Source of the DNA: Octopus bimaculoides
Lineage: Eukaryota
Reading direction: 5' to 3'
DNA: 64,000 nt
Assembly (NCBI RefSeq): GCF_001194135.2
Contig: NC_068983.1
Coordinates: 72,799,039-72,863,038 of the forward strand
The notes beneath the pieces were generated by a model. That model worked only from the letters and a program-made list of their open reading frames with translations. It was not told where the DNA came from and made no database searches. Shown one piece after another: positions 58,929 through 64,000 of the stretch. The position numbers and the translations under genes were made by a program. Each line of letters starts with the position of its first letter. Positions within the stretch are counted from its first letter, which is position 1.

Positions 58929-58932
58929 TAAC

Positions 58933-59003
58933 GGGCATATGGCATAGTGGTTAAGAGTGCTGGCTACTAACCCCAAGATTCCAAGTTTGATTCCAGGCAG
59001 TGA

Positions 59004-59048
<45 letters not shown>

Positions 59049-59234
59049 CAACATTGAAAAATACCCTTTGTGAACCCAGGTTCGAAATTTCCCCCAAGAC
59101 ACCTGATGAAGGCTGGAGGGTATATCAGCTGAAACATTGTGTTAACAACAAACAAGATGAGGACAAATATCCGTCAATTGTAAATAATATTAAGTAATGT
59201 ACATAATTCCTCATCTCTTAAATATAGAACTGTA
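58933..59234 (+). mobile_element. Composite element: tRNA-like head + (AAT)n + Penelope-like tail
   Basis: A-box TGGCATAGTGG and B-box-like GTTTGATTCC at 58933-59007, (AAT)n to about 59052, tail to 59234. Confidence 0.55.
59098..59143 (+). ncRNA. Degenerate hammerhead-like motif in a Penelope-like tail
   Basis: GACAC-CTGATGA-A-GGCTG-(10 nt)-CAGCT-GAAAC-ATT-GTGTT; an inverted copy lies at 58131-58173. Confidence 0.4.
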
Positions 59235-61358
59235 TTAAGGTGGCAAGCTGGCAGAATTATTAGCATGCTGGACAAAATACTTTGCAACATTTCTTTTAGT
59301 TTTACATTCTGAGTTCAATTTCCACCAAGGTTGATTTTGCCTTTGATCCTTTCAGAGTTGATAAAATAAGTACTGGGGTTGAGCACTGAGGTTGATGAAA
59401 TCAACTTACCCCCTCCTCCAAAATTTCAGGCCCTGTACCTACAACAAAAAATTATTATTATTATTTAGAGGATAAAGTACCAGTCAGTTACTGGGGTTAA
59501 TGTAATTAACTAACCCACTCTCCTCAAAACTGTTGGCTCTGTGCCTAAATTAGAAACACTTATTATTGTTGAAGGTAATGAGCTGGCAGAAATCAGTAAG
59601 AGCATTGAAAAAAGGCCTTGCAGTATAAGTTCCAGCTCTTTACTTTCTGGGTTCAAATTCCTATCATGGTTCACTTTAACTTCACCCTTTCAGTGTCAAA
59701 ATAAAGTACCAGGATCAGCGATACAGAGTAATCCCACTCTTTCAAAAATTTCTGTCCTTGTATCTGTTAGAAATTATTTAAGGCAACACACTGGCAGGAT
59801 CATTATTAGCTTACCGGACAAAATGCTTGGTGGTGGCATTTCTTGCAGCTTTATGTTCTGAGTTTAAATTCTGCCAAGGTTGACTTTGCCTTTCCTTTTT
59901 TTTTTTTTAGATCAATAAAATAAAGTACCAGTTACTGAGGTTGATGTAATGACTAGCTCCCACTCCAGTAAAAAGGATTCTTCTTCTTCTTATTATTATC
60001 TGTCCGTCCTCACATTCTGAGTTCAAATTCTGTCGAGGTCAACTTTGCCTTTCATCCTTTTGGTGTCAATGAAAAAAAAAATACCAGTTATGTACTGAGG
60101 TTGATATAATAGACTAGCCCCTGTCCCAAAATTTCACTCCAATTGTTCCAATAAAACAGGATAACAGGCACAGTTCTTAACTGCCATCATGTTCTTTTTA
60201 ATTCAACAACTAGATTGGCATAATTTCTTAGCATTTCAGCCTTCACCTGCTTGACATTCCTTGTATTCATTTAGTGTTGCCTTGTTGAAAATTAGTGCAC
60301 TATATTCATATTTTTTCTATGAAAATGTTGTCTGATTTATGCATTCTCTAGTCATCTTGTCTGTATGCTAAAGTTCACAAAGTATTTTCACATTATTGTC
60401 ATTGTCTAAGACCGGTGGAGCTTCAAATGAATAGCACAATTTTTTTTCTTATGGACGTTGAAATTGGGTTACTAGGTATATTTTGAGTAGAATTACTGTG
60501 TTATTGTGTCTCTATATTGTAGAGATAGTGTGGTGTATTGTTTCAGGAAATACACCACCCGACCATGTGGTCTTGAGTTCAATCCCACTGCACAGCACCT
60601 TGATGAAATATCTTCCACTAAAACCCTGGGCCAGTCAAAGCCTGCAGGTGAATTTTATATCCTTGATGGCAGGATACAAACAGTTGACCCTTCAACCTAT
60701 AAACCAAGACCCTAATCATTTGATTGACTATGGCTTTCATATGGTTCTTTAAATTTAACAAAGTATCTTTTGGAGCAAATAATTTCCAATTAAAGATAAG
60801 CAGTTTGCCTGGGTGAGCACTCAATATTCACTTCAAGCTAATTTTTCTCTAGTCACTTTCTTTATGACCACAAAAGTAGTCCAGACTGGCAGTCACCTAT
60901 AATATTGACCCTTTCTTTCTCTCTCTCTCTCTCTGCTAGACAACCATGCAGTTGTTTGGTCATCAACCTCATCATTATTTTATATCTACTTTCCATGCTG
61001 TCATGGGTCATATATTTTGTCATGGTCCAACAAGTTGGAGTTTCACATCTTACTACAGTATTCTAGTTTTGGCATGGTTTCTCTGGCTGTATGCATTTAA
61101 CTTATGGCACCAGCACTAATAAGATTATCTTGTAACTTGCAGGAGAAAAGAACCACCTCAACTGAAAGGGAAGATAGGAAATAGGATTGTCGCTTTAAGC
61201 GAGATGATGATGTTAGGGAATGACAGTAGGGAGCAAGAACATGATTACTGCGGTGGAGGAGATTCACAGTAACCCTGTATTTTATATTGGTAGACGGGGG
61301 AGGCTAAAGAAAGGTAAATATGGTAATGATGAGGTGCCAGAATATATGTGTTGTGTGT

Positions 61359-61710
61359 GTTCCTGTTGATCCGATGATCAATGGAACAGCCTGCTCGTGA
61401 AATTTATGTGCAAGTGGCTGAGCACTCCACAGACACGTGTACCCTTAACGTAGTTCTCGGGGATATTAAGCGTGATACAGTGTAACAAGGCTGACCCTTT
61501 TAATTACAGGCACAACAGAAACAGGAAGTAAGAGTGAGAGAAAGTTGTGGTGGAAGAGTACAGCAGGGTTCGCCACCATCCCCTGCCGGAGCCTCGTGGA
61601 GCTTTAGGTGTTTTCGCTCAATAAACACTCACAACACCTGGTCTGGGAATCGAGACCGCGATCCTATGACCGCGAGTCTGCTGCCCTAACCACTGGGCCA
61701 TTGCGCCTCC
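61359..61710 (-). mobile_element. tRNA(Arg)-like-headed SINE family 3 (possibly the octopus OR-type)
   Basis: Minus strand GGAGGCGCAATGGCCCAGTGGTTAGGGCAGCAGACTCGCGG...GGTCTCGATTCCC with TCG at the anticodon position; a diverged relative sharing the 3' half lies at 35870-36130 (+). Confidence 0.7.
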
Positions 61711-61754
61711 TGGTTTTGATGGTATTAATTACCTACTTCTCAAACACAGTGGGC

Positions 61755-62935
61755 TCTTTTTACTGCACAAGCTTTCACTTCTTTTCTGATTCTGTTTTAC
61801 TCCAGAAGAGTTGAAAATTGCCAGTGTTATTCCCCTGTTCAAAAAGGTTGAGTACACATCACCTGTCAGTTACTGTCCAGTCACTCTCACAAGCTATACA
61901 ACTAAATTAATAGAGTTTTGTGTCAGAGAGATACTTTGGAGCTTCTGGAACTCTCATAACCTTATCACCACTTCACTTACATAACCTTATTGCCACTTTA
62001 ACTCCAGCTGCTGTGACCAACTCATCAAATTTCTTGAAGACATCATCCAAATCACAGATGGTGGTTCATAGGTGGACATCATCTATTCCGACTTCACCTC
62101 AGCCTTTAACTCTGTGCCACACAAGCAACTCATAGCAAAACTCTCTAAGTGCATGAAAGTTAATCTTTATTACTGATTGAAGTCCTTCATTCTCAGTCAA
62201 AAGAAGGTCACAGTACTAGGATAACATTCTGCACTTTAAGCAATGATATCTGATATCTTGCAGGGGTCTCTTCTTGGTTCCCTGTTATTTGTTCCATACA
62301 TTAATCTAATAGATGCCGACTTGAAGTATGTTACTGTATTGACATACACAGACATTAAGTTGTACCTTGAGATAAAACAAACAACTCTTACGTGCTATAG
62401 ATTTTTCCTGCAATCTGAACTGGGCACAATGCATGGCAGAAGGTGTCTTAGCATCACTCAGCAAGATCTTTGTCAGCCATTCACCAGCTACATATTTTAT
62501 GCTATATATGGCTATGGTACATCCACACTTACAGTTTGTATCTCCAATCTGGAATTCCTGTCATATCCAGAATATTAATCTGCTGAAAGCTGTCCAGAGA
62601 CCTATAACCTGACAAATACCCTTTAATGTATTGCTTCTCTGGGCATTGACACTGTAAAACATTGACATTTAGCAGCTGAGTTGGTAGAAGTCCACAAGAT
62701 TATCCACCATCTTTCCAACAATTTTGGCCTCCTTTTCAAATTCAAAATTTCTATTACTTGTGGGCATGCTCATAAAGTCAAAAAACAGTGCAGCATCCAT
62801 GACTTTTGGAAATATTTTTTTCTTATTCAGAGTTGTTGAAGCATGGTATAAACTACCCATGTCAATTGTTAGCCATCAGGATACTGTATCCTTCAAAAAG
62901 TCCATTTCCTTTGAAATTTGCCTACACTATTCACT
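61755..62935 (+). mobile_element. CR1-clade LINE RT remnant
   Basis: PEELKIASVIPLFKK...Y.PVTLTS; VDIIYSDFTSAFNSVPHKQLIAKL; QGSLLGSLLFVPYIN; FFLFRVVEAWYKLP; many lesions. Confidence 0.8.
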
Positions 62936-63636
62936 ATGCAAGAGAGACGACTGTGTATGGATGAGGAGAGCTCTGTGAAGAGGTGTCATTCCCTAATAGT
63001 GGAAGAAGCCCAAAAGACCAAGACCTCTGGAGATATGCTATGATTGAGAAGACCCGGCAAGTAAAGTGACACCAGTGTTACATAATCAGCCCATTTAAAA
63101 AGTAATTTTGAATTGTCAGGCGACATGCCGTGCTTGAGGAGATCTATTGAGTTAAATAAAATCAAAATCAAATCAAATCTCAATCAAATGGAAATTGTAG
63201 TTGTGGCCGATTCCAGTGCTACCGGACTGGTTCCCTTGCTAGTAGAACGCAATAAGCATCATTTATGCATGGGTCGTTCCCAGTGCCAACTGACTGGCTC
63301 CCCGTGCCAGTGGCACGTAAAAAGCATCATCCGAATGTGGTCTATGCCAGCCCCCCTGCCCCAACTGGCTCCTGTGCCAGTAGCATGTAAAAAGCATCAT
63401 CCGAACGTGGCCAATGCCAGTGCCACCTGACTGGCTCCCGTGCAGGTGGCATGTAAAAAGCACCCACTACACTCTTGGAGTGGTCGGCATTAGGAAGGGC
63501 ATCCAGCTGTAGAAACATTGCCAGATCAGATTGGAGCCTGGTGCGGCCTCCTGGCTTGCCAGTCTCCAGTCAAACAATCCAGCCCATACCAGCATGGAAA
63601 ACAGATGTTAAACGATACTGATGATGATGATGATGA
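62935..63636 (+). mobile_element. RTE-clade LINE 3' end: deleted ORF2 terminus, 3'UTR tandem repeats, (GAT)n tail
   Basis: MQERRL...DQDLWRYAMIEKTRQVK*, then repeated ctggctcc(c/t)gtgcc..gcac/tgtaaaaagca units and the tail cacccactacactc...gttaaacgat(gat)n. Confidence 0.72.
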
Positions 63637-64000
63637 CTGTTTCTGATGTACCAAAGCAGCTTTTCATCTTTGTTCTTTTAATGTTCACTTTGCTGTCTTT
63701 ATTTACTTGACTTATATACCTGCTCGAGTTGCGGTGTATCTTAACAGTTCAGCAAAAAGAGACTGATAAAATAAGTACCAGACTTAAAGAAAATATAAGT
63801 ACTAGGGTCATTTTGATTGATTTAAGGCCTTCAAAGTAGCTCATGCCCCAACATAGACACAGTCTAATGGCTGAAACAAATAAAGAATAAGAGTAATTTT
63901 TTTAAATTTTTTTATAAGAAACAAAGAAACAGGTTTAGATAAAAATTGTTCAGAAATTATTATATTTGCTTTTATAATTTACTTTCTATGTTCATATCTA

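Larger units (their letters stand above)
57505..60135 (+). repeat. Second head-to-tail cluster of SINE family 2 copies, interrupted by the 58078-59234 composite
   Basis: At least 7 full or partial units, same orientation, (ATT)n spacers. Confidence 0.78.

Noticed and set aside
61640-61710. Possible tRNA-Arg gene (also the tRNA-like 58933-59007)
   Set aside because: Acceptor stems do not pair cleanly and each continues into a repeat body; treated as SINE heads. tRNAscan-SE would settle it.
1-64000. CRISPR arrays, operons, rRNA or prokaryotic defence systems
   Set aside because: The window is spliced eukaryotic DNA; the periodic repeats are SINE arrays and microsatellites without repeat-spacer regularity.

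Overview
AT-rich, gapped, repeat-dense eukaryotic genomic DNA. The SINE/LINE content looks to me like a coleoid cephalopod, most likely Octopus (recognition, not verified). Bases 1763-38954 carry the middle and 3' part of one + strand gene, URB1/NPA1 (nucleolar pre-ribosomal-associated protein 1). I resolved 23 GT-AG exons by hand, and their phases join in frame apart from one assembly gap and one phase mismatch. The 5' exons lie upstream of the window. A CpG-retaining stretch at about 40.8-43.4 kb contains an orphan ATG exon, probably the start of a second gene. The rest is mostly tRNA-headed SINEs, RTE, CR1 and RLE-type LINE remnants, a Tigger remnant, piggyBac-like and hAT-like MITEs, and microsatellites. 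The most interesting signals are three: (1) a near-perfect inverted duplication that could fold almost a whole URB1 intron into one hairpin (31559-33247); (2) a minimal hammerhead-ribozyme motif antisense in an intron (14194-14243); (3) a head-to-head pair of a composite tRNA-head/(AAT)n/hammerhead-like-tail element (58078-59234). Twelve N gaps limit what can be seen. No prokaryotic features or CRISPR arrays were found.
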